DNA of 64,000 bases from Spirochaetia bacterium (GTDB lineage: Bacteria; Spirochaetota; Spirochaetia; SZUA-6; Bin103). A model generated the notes under the pieces. That model saw only the letters and a program-made list of their open reading frames with translations, ran no database searches and was not told the DNA's origin. The position numbers and the translations under genes were made by a program. Below are positions 48,960 to 58,056 of the stretch, piece after piece. The stretch lies in the NCBI GenBank assembly GCA_965199955.1, contig CBDATQ010000001.1, positions 1,152,001-1,216,000 on the forward strand, in the 5' to 3' direction. The stretch's first letter is position 1. Every line of letters begins with the position of its first letter.

Positions 48960-50140
48960 CGCGCGGCCGCGCTTGCCGCCGCACGGGCCGGCGGCAGCGG
49001 GTAGTTCCCGGTGAAGCACGCGTCGCAGAAGCCGCTTACGTCTGCGCCGGAGCAGGCCGACAGCATGCCTTCCAGGGAAAGGAACCCCAGGCTGTCCACT
49101 CTGAGGTACCGGCGGATCTCCCCGACGGACATGCCGGAGGCGATCAGCTCGCCGTGAGTGGGGAAGTCCATTCCGTAGAAGCATGGCGAGATGACCGGCG
49201 GCGAGCAGATGCGCACGTGGATCTCCGCGGCGCCGGCCTTGCGGATGTCCATCAGGAGCTGCCGGAGCGTGGTGCCGCGCACCAGCGAGTCGTCGACCAC
49301 GACCACTTTTTTGCCCTTCAGCAGGCCGTCGACCGTGTTGAACTTGACGCGGGCGCGGAATTCGCGCTGGTCCTGGCGCGGCGCCATGAAGGTCCGTCCC
49401 ACGTAGTGGTTGCGGATGATGCCGAGCTCGTAGGGGATCCCCGACTGGTTGGAGTAGCCGAGCGCCGCGGTGTTGGCGGTGTCCGGCACGGCGATGACGA
49501 TGTCCTCGTCGGCCGGGTGCTCGGCCGCCAGCGTTCGCCCAGCCGGCGGCTCGCGGTATCCACGTACTGGTCGAACACGCGGCTGTCGGGGCGGGCGAAG
49601 TAGACGTACTCCACCACGCACGAAGCCTGCGGCGCCTGCTCCTCCAGCCGGTGGCTCTGCACGCCATCGGGACCCAGGACGACGATCTCTCCCCGCTCGA
49701 CCTCGCGGACGTAGCGCGCGCCGACCAGGTCCAGCGCGCAGGTCTCCGAGCTGGTCTGGAAGATCGCGCCGCTGTCAACCAGCTTCTCGCGGAGGGCCGC
49801 GGCGTTGGTGAAGTTGCCGTTGTGCGAGATCGCCGTGGGACCTTCCTTGAACTCCACCAGGAAGGGCTGGGCGTTGTGCAGCAGCGTGGCGCCGGTGGTG
49901 GAGTAGCGGTTGTGGCCGAGCGCCAGGCTGCCCCGCAGGCCGCGCAGGATGCTCTGGTCGGCGAAGACCGATCGCACCTCGCCCATGCCGACGTGCCGGT
50001 AGGTCTGCGCGCCGTCGCTGGTGACGATGCCGGTACTCTCGTCGCCGCGATGCTGCATGGCATAGAGCGCCTGATACGCGAGCACGGCGGCGTTGCGATT
50101 GCCGTAGATGCCGACGATCGCGCAGTTGCACCGCGGCTTG
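48956..50140 (-). pseudogene. purF: Amidophosphoribosyltransferase with internal deletion and frameshift
   Basis: CAIVG, QHRG, GHNRYST, HNGN, EYVYFARPDS, DDSLVRGTT, PCFYGMD. FQTS joins directly to SETCA; 1-nt loss near 49533. Confidence 0.88.
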
Positions 50141-50472
50141 TCCAGAGGGTCGGAGGAGTCCGTCCGCCCGCCGTCTTGATGAGCGCGAGAGCGATGAGCC
50201 GCGGTCGTGCGCAGCTTGGCGTCCAGCCGGCGGACGATCAGCTCGGCCAGTCCGGCCGCCGCTCCGGTGACATCGCGGTCGCGCGCCGCGGCCGCCAGCC
50301 ACCGCCGCGCCTGCGCCTCGTCGACGTCGAGACGGTAGAGCGCCGTGATCAGGCGGGCGCGATCGGTGCGGAGCAACGCGGCGAGTTGCCGCTGCAGGCC
50401 AGGGAGACCCTGCGCGGCCAGCGCCTGAAGATCGGCCGCGGCGTCTGCCCGCGCCGGCAGGCCGTCAGCCAC
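50141..50472 (-). CDS. Small helical hypothetical domain fused in frame to the purF remnant
   Basis: LITALYRLDVDE...LAELIVRR..K; no stop codon or new start before DKPRCNC. Confidence 0.5.
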
Positions 50473-51313
50473 GGTTCAGTCTGTCGTCGATCGGTGCATC
50501 GATGCGGAATCCACGGGTGCCGGCGTCGGTGGTGACGGCGACCACCCCGTCGAGCCGGTCGCCGTCGACGGCTCCGGCCTCCACCGTCACGGCGACCGAG
50601 CCCGTGGCGGTCACCCGGTGCTCCTGCTCGCCAGCGTGCGCTACCACGCCGTCGGCGTGCGGAAAGAACCAGACCTGCCGGGCGTCTTCCGCATCGGGCA
50701 GCGGCACGGTGATGACCATCCGATCATCGAGCCGTCGCGCGCGGGCGCCGTCGAGCGCCGCCGGGATGCGCGAGCGCCATCGGTCGAACAGCGAACCGTT
50801 CTCGGCATCGGCGGGCCCGGCCCGTGGACGTACCCGCAGGGTCAGGCGAAGGCGTCCCTCTCCCGGAATGCACACGTCGGCGCAGACCAGCCAGAGTGCC
50901 TCCGCGGCGAGTTCCACGCGGCCGCGCTCGAGAGCGGCCGGAGGGGTGATCATGACCGGGAGCAGCACTTCGCCGGAGTAGCCGAAGTTCATCAGATCGC
51001 CGTACGGCATGCGCTCGGGGACCGGCCAGTGGATGGATGACGCCGTCCACCCGTCGGGCAGGTGCCACTCGATTCGGGCCGCCGCTCCGGAGTCTCCGGG
51101 GTTGCGCCAGTAGGTGTGCCAGCCGTCGTCCAGGGTCTGCAGCAACCCCACCCAGAAGGGCTGGCCCGGCGTGACGGTGGTCTGCTCGCTGACGAGCCGG
51201 ACGCGGATGTGCTGGCCGTCGACCTTGGCCTTGTCGGCGCAGCCGGCCAGCAGGGCGCTCAGCAGTACTGCGGTCCCGATGGCGCGATGTGCGGGTACGC
51301 TGAGGCGGTTCAC
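50465..51313 (-). CDS. Stand-alone DsbD N-terminal (DsbD-alpha-like) domain lipoprotein
   Basis: LLAGC lipobox, GWHTYWRNPGDSG, WLVCADVCIPG. Confidence 0.82.
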   Translation of the reverse strand: MNRLSVPAHRAIGTAVLLSALLAGCADKAKVDGQHIRVRLVSEQTTVTPGQPFWVGLLQTLDDGWHTYWRNPGDSGAAARIEWHLPDGWTASSIHWPVPERMPYGDLMNFGYSGEVLLPVMITPPAALERGRVELAAEALWLVCADVCIPGEGRLRLTLRVRPRAGPADAENGSLFDRWRSRIPAALDGARARRLDDRMVITVPLPDAEDARQVWFFPHADGVVAHAGEQEHRVTATGSVAVTVEAGAVDGDRLDGVVAVTTDAGTRGFRIDAPIDDRLNRG

Positions 51314-51385
51314 GGCACTGCGAGTCTACGAGGCTGCTGGCCGCGAACCAAGGAGTCTCTCCAGATGTGCCCAGATGTGCCGGCG

Positions 51386-51832
51386 CTACGTTCCTTCTGC
51401 GGGCCTGTCGTAGCCCTCCGCGGGCCTGCCCGGGCTTTCTCCGGATCTGCCGTAGCCCTCTGCGGACCTGTGCTGGCCTTCTCCGGACCTGCCGTGGCGC
51501 TTGTAGGGTAGCAACGCCAGCACCCGCGCCAGCTTGATCTGGCGTGCCAGGCGGCGCTGGTTCTTGGCGGAGGTGCCCGTCACGCGGCGTGGCAGGATCT
51601 TGCCGCTCTGCGTGATGAACCGCTCCAGGATCTCAGGCTTGCGATAGGTTATGTCCAGGTTCTTGGTCCGGTCGACCTTGCGCCGGTAGTAGGGACGCCG
51701 GCGCCCGCCGGGACCTCCCGGCCCGCCGCGCTCGCCGCCACCCTCACGCGGGCCGAATCCTCCGCCAGGGCCCTCTCCCTGCGGTTCGCGCTGCATCGGC
51801 TCGGTGGCCGACCTCGGCATGTTCTCTGACAA
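51386..51832 (-). CDS. rpsR: 30S ribosomal protein S18, Cys-free, with N- and C-terminal extensions
   Basis: [44 protein letters not shown] before TTG 51832. Confidence 0.9.
   Translation of the reverse strand: MSENMPRSATEPMQREPQGEGPGGGFGPREGGGERGGPGGPGGRRRPYYRRKVDRTKNLDITYRKPEILERFITQSGKILPRRVTGTSAKNQRRLARQIKLARVLALLPYKRHGRSGEGQHRSAEGYGRSGESPGRPAEGYDRPAEGT
51392..51496 (-). repeat. 5 x 21-bp coding tandem repeat in the S18 tail
   Basis: [35 protein letters not shown]. Confidence 0.85.
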
Positions 51833-51904
51833 ACGTATCCTCCAGCGTATCAATGATGGCGCGGCGCCCGGCGCCGCGGCAAGCGCGTGGTGGGAAACCT
51901 CGCG

Positions 51905-52921
51905 TCACACGGGAAACAGCAGATTCTGCTGGGTGAAGACTTCGCTGACCGAACGCCGTTCGTGAATGCGCAGAATGGCGCTGGCGAGCAGCGGCGCAAT
52001 GGAGATCACCTTGATCAGCCCACCGGCGCGCCGTTCCTGAGGGACCGGAATCGTGTTGGTGACCAGCACCTCCTCGATCGACGGGCGGGTGAGCAGCTCC
52101 GGCGCCTGCTCGATAAGCACGGGGTGGGTGACCGAGATGATCGCCGGCTGCGCGCCGTGCTCCATGAGCGTGTCGGCCTGCTGGTGAATCGACCCCGAGG
52201 CGATCAGGTCGTCGATGATGATCGGCTTCTTGCCCCTGACGTCGCCGACCACCGCCTCCACTTCCATGTTCGAGCCGCCGATGCCGTGGCGCCGTTTGTG
52301 CATCAGCACCATCGGCAGGCCCAGGATGTCCGTGTATTTCTCCGCGAGCTTGGCGCGCCCGACGTCCGGGGCCACGATCACGGCGTTGGACAGGTCGCGC
52401 TGGCGCAGGTGGTTGGCCAGCGTGGTGACCGCGGTCAGATGATCGGACACCTTGTTGAAGAATCCCTGGATCTGCGGGGCGTGAAGGTCGACGGAGACGA
52501 TGCGGTCCGCGCCTGCGTTGGCCAGCAGGTCGGCCACCAGGCGGGCGCTGAGCGGCTCCCGTCCGGTCGACTTGTGGTCCTGGCGGCCGTACCCGTAGTA
52601 GGGGACGACCGCGGTGATCTGATCGGCCGACGCGCGGCGCATCGCGTCGACGATGATCAGCAACTCCATGAGCGTCTCGTTCACCGGGCGGCAGGTTGGC
52701 TGCACCAGGTAGATCTCCGCGCCGCGGACGCTCTCCTCAATCTGCACGTGGGTTTCGCTGTCGTTCAGCGACTTGATGCTGAGCTCGCCGAGCTCGACCC
52801 CCAGGATCTGCGCGATCTCGATCGCCAATTCCAGATTGGCCCGCCCGGAGAACAGACGGAGCGTGTCCATCGAACGACCGTTTGAGGCTGGCATGTCGGG
52901 GGAAAGGGAGAGCTTATCCAT
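51905..52921 (-). CDS. prs: Ribose-phosphate pyrophosphokinase (start 52921 or 52870)
   Basis: ESVRG, PYYGYGRQD, VDLHAPQIQGFF, APDVG, IIDDLIASG. Confidence 0.93.
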   Translation of the reverse strand: MDKLSLSPDMPASNGRSMDTLRLFSGRANLELAIEIAQILGVELGELSIKSLNDSETHVQIEESVRGAEIYLVQPTCRPVNETLMELLIIVDAMRRASADQITAVVPYYGYGRQDHKSTGREPLSARLVADLLANAGADRIVSVDLHAPQIQGFFNKVSDHLTAVTTLANHLRQRDLSNAVIVAPDVGRAKLAEKYTDILGLPMVLMHKRRHGIGGSNMEVEAVVGDVRGKKPIIIDDLIASGSIHQQADTLMEHGAQPAIISVTHPVLIEQAPELLTRPSIEEVLVTNTIPVPQERRAGGLIKVISIAPLLASAILRIHERRSVSEVFTQQNLLFPV

Positions 52922-52969
52922 CGCGCCCCCGCCGATCAAGCTCAGAATCGCGCGTCAGCCGGTTCGCCA

Positions 52970-53971
52970 TCATGCGCCCGCCGCCAGCGGCGGCGGCAGG
53001 TCCTTCATGGTTGTAAGCCCCGGCGCGGCCGCCGCCACACGAGGGATGGCGTTGACCACGACCGCCGCCGTCCCCAGGTCGCCGTGTACGCCGCCGTCAA
53101 TGCGCGCCTCCACCGGCGGCACGCCGTCGATCGACACCGCGTCATAGGATTCGTCCAGTCCCACCGCGGCGCGGAACTCCAGGGTGACCACCTGCCGTCC
53201 CTCGGCCAGCCCGACGCCTTCCTGCCGGACACCCGCCACCTGACCCGCCGCGACCGACACGTGCTCGGTGTGAATCGCATGTGGCGCCATGATCGGTTCG
53301 ATGGTCTCGGTGAGCTCGTCCAGCGACCAGCCCATGCCGGCCGCGATCATGCGGGCCGACTCGGTGAGCCCCACGTGGCGGATCTCCCCGTCGGCAGCGA
53401 GACGTCGGAACTCCGACTCGGTGAGTCCGGCGCCGATCTTGCGCTGGAACGGGCCGCGGCGGTCGCTCGCGTCCTGCACGCGAGTGGCACGGATGGCGCG
53501 CACCACCTGACACGGGACGGTCATGTACAGCGGCCACGCGTCCATCAAGTAGCCGGGATTGATGCCGGTGCCGAGCAGTGTCACGCCGGCTTCGAGCGCC
53601 TGCTCGTGCAGCTCCGCGGCGACCGCGGCGTTGGCGTCGTCGGGAAAGGCGAGCTCCTCGCAGGTCGACACCACGTCGACGCCCTCCTGCAGCAGCGCCT
53701 GAAGCTGTCCCGCCACCGCCTGCAGGCTGGACCCGGTGGTGTGGATCGCCAGCGCGGGCGCCGCGTCGTCCGGGAGCCGGTCCCAGGAGCCGACGATGGC
53801 AGTGCCGAGCGGCGCGCCGCCGCCCACTTCGCCGATGTCGCGCCCGTGCAGCGCGGGATCGATATCGATGCCGGCGACCAGTTGGAGGCCGGCGCGGCCG
53901 GCGGTCAGACGGGCGATGCGGCAGCCGATCGGCCCACAGCCGAACTGCACGACGCGGATCGTGGGTATCAT
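52970..53971 (-). CDS. 2,4-diaminopentanoate dehydrogenase / DapB-like NAD(P) oxidoreductase
   Basis: GCGPIG, STCEELAFP, GTGINPG, RRGPFQRKIGAG, HVG, GD.GTA. Confidence 0.8.
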   Translation of the reverse strand: MIPTIRVVQFGCGPIGCRIARLTAGRAGLQLVAGIDIDPALHGRDIGEVGGGAPLGTAIVGSWDRLPDDAAPALAIHTTGSSLQAVAGQLQALLQEGVDVVSTCEELAFPDDANAAVAAELHEQALEAGVTLLGTGINPGYLMDAWPLYMTVPCQVVRAIRATRVQDASDRRGPFQRKIGAGLTESEFRRLAADGEIRHVGLTESARMIAAGMGWSLDELTETIEPIMAPHAIHTEHVSVAAGQVAGVRQEGVGLAEGRQVVTLEFRAAVGLDESYDAVSIDGVPPVEARIDGGVHGDLGTAAVVVNAIPRVAAAAPGLTTMKDLPPPLAAGA

Positions 53972-54002
53972 CGGCTCAAGCTATAGCAAGGACGGGGGAG
54001 AG

Positions 54003-54575
54003 TTGTCGAACGTGGAACTGATCCTGGGCGGTACCTTCAGCGGCAAGAGCGCCTTCGCCTGCGAGCGGGCCCGCCGTGCCGCCGAACGGGAACCCGGTGG
54101 TGTGCTGGTGATCGCCACCGCCCTCGACGGCGACCCGGACGTGCGCCGCCGCATCGCCGAGCACCGCCGCCGACGGCCACGCGAGTGGCGGACCGTGGAG
54201 GAGCCCCATCGCGTGGCGGCGGCGATCCGCGACGGCATCCGGCTGCCGGCGCCGCCGGCGGTGATCGTGGTGGAGTGCCTGACGATGCTGGTGACCAACC
54301 TGATGCTCCGTGACGGCGTGGTCGACCGGGCGTCGGCATCGGAGCGGGTGGCGGTGGAGGTCGAGGCGATCGTCCGAGCCGCCGATAGTCGGTCCACCGC
54401 CGTACTGATCGTCTCCAACGAGGTCGGCCATGGCCTTTTCCCGACCACGTCCGACGGCCGGCTGTTCCAGGAGCTGGCCGGCCTGGCCAATCAGCGCATC
54501 GCCGCGGCCGCGGATACGGTCTGGACGGTCACGGCCGGCATTCCGGCCCGGATCAAGCCGGCCCGGATCAAGTAG
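54003..54575 (+). CDS. cobU: Adenosylcobinamide kinase/adenosylcobinamide-phosphate guanylyltransferase
   Basis: GGTFSGKS, RIAEHRRRR..W.TVEEP, ECLT, VSNEVG.G, G.ANQ. Confidence 0.88.
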   Translation: MSNVELILGGTFSGKSAFACERARRAAEREPGGVLVIATALDGDPDVRRRIAEHRRRRPREWRTVEEPHRVAAAIRDGIRLPAPPAVIVVECLTMLVTNLMLRDGVVDRASASERVAVEVEAIVRAADSRSTAVLIVSNEVGHGLFPTTSDGRLFQELAGLANQRIAAAADTVWTVTAGIPARIKPARIK

Positions 54576-55875
54576 GAGGAGCGCCGGCCGGCCAGCGCAC
54601 CAGCCGCTGGGGATGAACGGGGTTGCCGGTGTCCATGGAGATGTTGCCGGCAATGCCGGTGAGAATGGACATCGCTCCGTCGATGTGCGACGCGGCGCGC
54701 CGCAGGGGGTCCGGCTTGGGATCCCCGAACAGGTCGGCCGCCAGCAACGGGTCGGCGCCGCCATGGCCGCCTTCGGGCTCCGGGATCTCCACTTCGTACG
54801 GTTCCGCGAAGTGCGGGCAGATGCGCAGCTCCCGCTCCCTGGCGACGCCCTCCTGCGACTTGGAGCCCTGGGCGTTCACGTAGCTCGACTCCCGCACCGT
54901 CAGCTCCAGGCGGCCGCGGTCGCCGGTCAGCGCGATCCGCAGCCCCTCCCACGGTGAGTAGGCGGTCAGCGAGTAGCTCATCATCGCGCCGGAGTCGTAG
55001 CGGACCAGCAGTGCCATGGTGTCCTCGATGCTGATGCCGTCGCCGAACACGCTCTGGTCGCGGAAGTAGCCGTCCTCGTGCTCGGCCTTGAGGTACATCT
55101 CCGTCAGCGCCTCGCTCTCCTCCAGGTGCAGGGCGAACGGATCGTCCCTGGCCGCCTCCGAGCCGCGGGCGCGGGTGTAGAAGCTGGTGACGCCGCGCTC
55201 CTCGGCGTTCTCGTGCCCGTAGAAGCGCAGGTCCCCGAAGGCCATCACCGTCTGCGGCGCGCTGGCCAGCCAGAAGTTGATCAGGTCGAAGTGGTGGGTG
55301 GCCTTGTGCACCAGCAGGCCGCCCGAGTTGCGCTTGTCGCGGTGCCACCGCCGGAAATAGTCGGCGCCGTGCACGAGGTCGAGCAGCCACTCGAAGTGCA
55401 CGGCGGTGACCGTGCCGATGACGCCGTCCATCAGGAGCTGGCGCACCAGCGATGCGTGCGGCGAGTAGCGGTAGTTGAACGTCACCCGCAGGTTCCTGCC
55501 CGTGCGCTTCACGGCGTCCAGGATCTGCTGGCACTTGCCGGCGTCGACGGTCATCGGCTTCTCGGTGATGGCGTCGCAGCCGAGCTCCAGGGCGCGGACG
55601 ATGTAGCGGTGGTGGGTGCGGTCGATGGAGGTGACGATGACCACGTCCGGCTTGCACTCGGCCACCATCCGGTCGAACGCGTCCGCGCCGTAGGTGGGCA
55701 CCGGCGCATGGCCGAACTGCTCCGCAAGCGTGCGGTTGGCGTAGTTCATGCGGGTCTGGTTGAGGTCGCAGAACCCGACCAGCTCCGCGCGGTCGGTGTA
55801 GTCGGAGGCGATCGACTCGTAGAAGGAGCGGGCGCGTCCGCCGACGCCCACCTGCGCGTAGCGTGTTCGCTTCAT
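54568..55875 (-). CDS. Gfo/Idh/MocA oxidoreductase
   Basis: GVGGR, EKPM, FNYRY, HGADYFRRWH, HKATHHFD, GHGGAD. Confidence 0.9.
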   Translation of the reverse strand: MKRTRYAQVGVGGRARSFYESIASDYTDRAELVGFCDLNQTRMNYANRTLAEQFGHAPVPTYGADAFDRMVAECKPDVVIVTSIDRTHHRYIVRALELGCDAITEKPMTVDAGKCQQILDAVKRTGRNLRVTFNYRYSPHASLVRQLLMDGVIGTVTAVHFEWLLDLVHGADYFRRWHRDKRNSGGLLVHKATHHFDLINFWLASAPQTVMAFGDLRFYGHENAEERGVTSFYTRARGSEAARDDPFALHLEESEALTEMYLKAEHEDGYFRDQSVFGDGISIEDTMALLVRYDSGAMMSYSLTAYSPWEGLRIALTGDRGRLELTVRESSYVNAQGSKSQEGVARERELRICPHFAEPYEVEIPEPEGGHGGADPLLAADLFGDPKPDPLRRAASHIDGAMSILTGIAGNISMDTGNPVHPQRLVRWPAGAPPT

Positions 55876-55890
55876 GACGGGGTTCCCGCC

Positions 55891-56895
55891 TCAGTCCTGC
55901 TGGCTGAACGCCGCGTCGAAGGCGATCGCGGAGGCGGACAGGTCGGTGCGGCGCGTGAAGGCGAGCGCCTCCTGCGCGCCCTCCTCGCGGTCCATGCCGG
56001 AGTCCTCCCACTCGATGGACAGGGGGCCCTGGTAGCCGATCGCGTTCAAGGCACGGAATACCCGTTCGAACGGCACGTCGCCGCGCCCCGGCGATACGAA
56101 GTCCCAGCCGCGGCGCAGGTTCCCGAATGGCAGGTGCGACGCCAGCGCGCCGTTGCGGCCGTTGTGGTTGAGCTTCGATTCCTTGACGTGGGCATGGTAG
56201 ATGCGGTCGGCGAAGTCCAGGACGAACTGCTCCGGGTCGACCATCTGCCACACCAGGTGGCTGGGATCGAAGTTGATCCCGAAGGCGGCCCGTCGGTCGA
56301 CGGCCTCCAGGGTGCGCTGCGTGGTCCAGTAATCGTAGGCGATCTCCGACGGGTGCACCTCCAGCGCGAAGCGAACGCCTTCCGCGTCGTAGGCGTCCAG
56401 GATCGGATTCCAGCGGTCGGCGAAGTCCTGGTAGCCGTCGTCGATCATGCCGTCTACCGCCGGCGGGAAGCCGGCGACCGCGTACCAGACCTTGGAGCCC
56501 GTGAAGCCGGCGACCGTGTCCACCCCGAACGCGGCGGCGGCGCGGGCGGTCTCCTTCATCCGTTCGGCGGAGCGCTGCCTGACCCCCTCCGGATCGCCGT
56601 CACCCCAGATCTCGGGCGGCAGCATGGCCTGGTGGCGGGCGTCGATGGGGAAGTCGCACACGCACTGGCCGACCAGGTGGTTGCTTATCGCGAAGCACTT
56701 GAGTCCGTGACGGTCGAGCTGCTCGCGCTTGGCCGCCACGTAGCCTGAGTCCGCGAGCGCCTTGTCCACCTCGAAGTGGTCGCCCCAGCAGGCCAGCTCC
56801 AGGCCGTCGAAGCCCCACGCCGCCGCCTTGGCGGCCAGCTCCTCCAGCGGCAGATCGGCCCATTGGCCGGTGAACAGCGTTACCGGACGTCCCAT
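55891..56895 (-). CDS. Xylose-isomerase-like TIM-barrel sugar (phosphate) isomerase/epimerase
   Basis: [31 protein letters not shown]. Confidence 0.88.
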   Translation of the reverse strand: MGRPVTLFTGQWADLPLEELAAKAAAWGFDGLELACWGDHFEVDKALADSGYVAAKREQLDRHGLKCFAISNHLVGQCVCDFPIDARHQAMLPPEIWGDGDPEGVRQRSAERMKETARAAAAFGVDTVAGFTGSKVWYAVAGFPPAVDGMIDDGYQDFADRWNPILDAYDAEGVRFALEVHPSEIAYDYWTTQRTLEAVDRRAAFGINFDPSHLVWQMVDPEQFVLDFADRIYHAHVKESKLNHNGRNGALASHLPFGNLRRGWDFVSPGRGDVPFERVFRALNAIGYQGPLSIEWEDSGMDREEGAQEALAFTRRTDLSASAIAFDAAFSQQD

Positions 56896-56896
56896 G

Positions 56897-58054
56897 TTAC
56901 TTCTCCTCCAGCGAATACCACTTCTGGTCGCTCTGTGAGCTGGCGACGCAGGCGGTGATGAACGCCATGCCGCGCACCCCGTCGTCGACCGTGGGGAAAT
57001 CGAGACCGCCGGGCGGCTCGGTGCCGTCCAGGCGTGCCTGCAGGGTCAGGGCGTAGTTGCGGTACAGGTTGGCGAACGCCTCGATATAGCCTTCCGGGTG
57101 GCCGGGCGGCAGGCGGGTGTGGGCGCCGGCCGCCTCGGACAGCTCGCCCACGCCGGTGCGCCGCACCTCGCAGTGGCGGTCCGCCCACTTGACGGTCAGG
57201 GTGTTGGGCTCCATCTGGTGCCACTCCAGGCCGCCGTGCTCGCCGTAGACGCGGATGGCCAGCGCGTTCTCCTCGCCCGCGGAGACCTGGCTGGCATACA
57301 GGACGCCCTTCGCGCCCTGCTGCAGGCGCACCAGCACGTTGCCGTCGTCCTCCAGCTTGCGCCCCTCGACGAACGTGGTCAGGTCGGCGCACAGCTCCGT
57401 GATCGACAGTCCGGTGATGTGCTCCATCAGGTTCTCGGCGTGAGTGCCGATGTCGCCGATGCAGGAGCTGATGCCGGCCCGCGCCGGATCGGTGCGCCAC
57501 GCGGCCTGCTTCATGCCGGTCGCCTCTTCCAGCCTGGCGAGCCACCCCTGCGGGTACTCGACCACCACCTTGCGGATGCGGCCGATGGAGCCGTCGCGGA
57601 CCAGTCGCCGTGCTTCCTTTACCATGGGATAGCCGGTGTAGTTGTGGGTGAGTCCGTACTGCAGCCCGGTCGAACGGACCTGGTCGCGCAGCGCCAGCGC
57701 CTCGTCCAGGTCGTAGGTCATGGGCTTGTCGCTCATGACGTGGAAGCCGGCTTCGAGCGCGGTCCTGGTGGCCGGGAAGTGGACGTTGTTGGGCGTGACG
57801 ATGGAGACGAAGTCCATGCGCTCGCCGTCCGGCAGCGCGGCCTCCCGCTCCATCATCTCCGGGTAGGTGCCGTACACGCGGTCGGCGGGAAGGTAGAGGT
57901 CGGCGCCGGAGGCGCGCGACTTGTCCGGGTCGCTGGAGAACGCCCCACAGACCAGCTCGATATGTCCGTCGAGGGCGGCGGCCATGCGGTGCACGACGCC
58001 GATGAAGGCGTCGCGTCCGCCGCCCACCATGCCCATGCGGATCTTGCGGCTCAT
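56897..58054 (-). CDS. Gfo/Idh/MocA oxidoreductase
   Basis: GMVGGG..AFIG.VHR, TPN..H, DKP, YPQGWL, DIGTH, GHPEG. Confidence 0.9.
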   Translation of the reverse strand: MSRKIRMGMVGGGRDAFIGVVHRMAAALDGHIELVCGAFSSDPDKSRASGADLYLPADRVYGTYPEMMEREAALPDGERMDFVSIVTPNNVHFPATRTALEAGFHVMSDKPMTYDLDEALALRDQVRSTGLQYGLTHNYTGYPMVKEARRLVRDGSIGRIRKVVVEYPQGWLARLEEATGMKQAAWRTDPARAGISSCIGDIGTHAENLMEHITGLSITELCADLTTFVEGRKLEDDGNVLVRLQQGAKGVLYASQVSAGEENALAIRVYGEHGGLEWHQMEPNTLTVKWADRHCEVRRTGVGELSEAAGAHTRLPPGHPEGYIEAFANLYRNYALTLQARLDGTEPPGGLDFPTVDDGVRGMAFITACVASSQSDQKWYSLEEK

Positions 58055-58056
58055 CA

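Noticed and set aside
46848..50063. 1071-aa ORF read as a giant LigD fusion
   Set aside because: The first 368 aa are an off-frame reading of purF. LigD starts at ATG 48959.
23949..50140. Frameshifts as general sequencing error
   Set aside because: Lesions cluster in a few loci, often with large deletions, while long neighbouring genes are intact. Read mapping is still needed to exclude error.
50465..51313. DsbD as a truncated pseudogene
   Set aside because: The ORF is clean with a lipobox, and stand-alone DsbD N-terminal-domain proteins of this size are common.
51392..51496. Possible CRISPR-like array
   Set aside because: Degenerate 21-bp units with no spacers, in frame within rpsR, and no cas genes.
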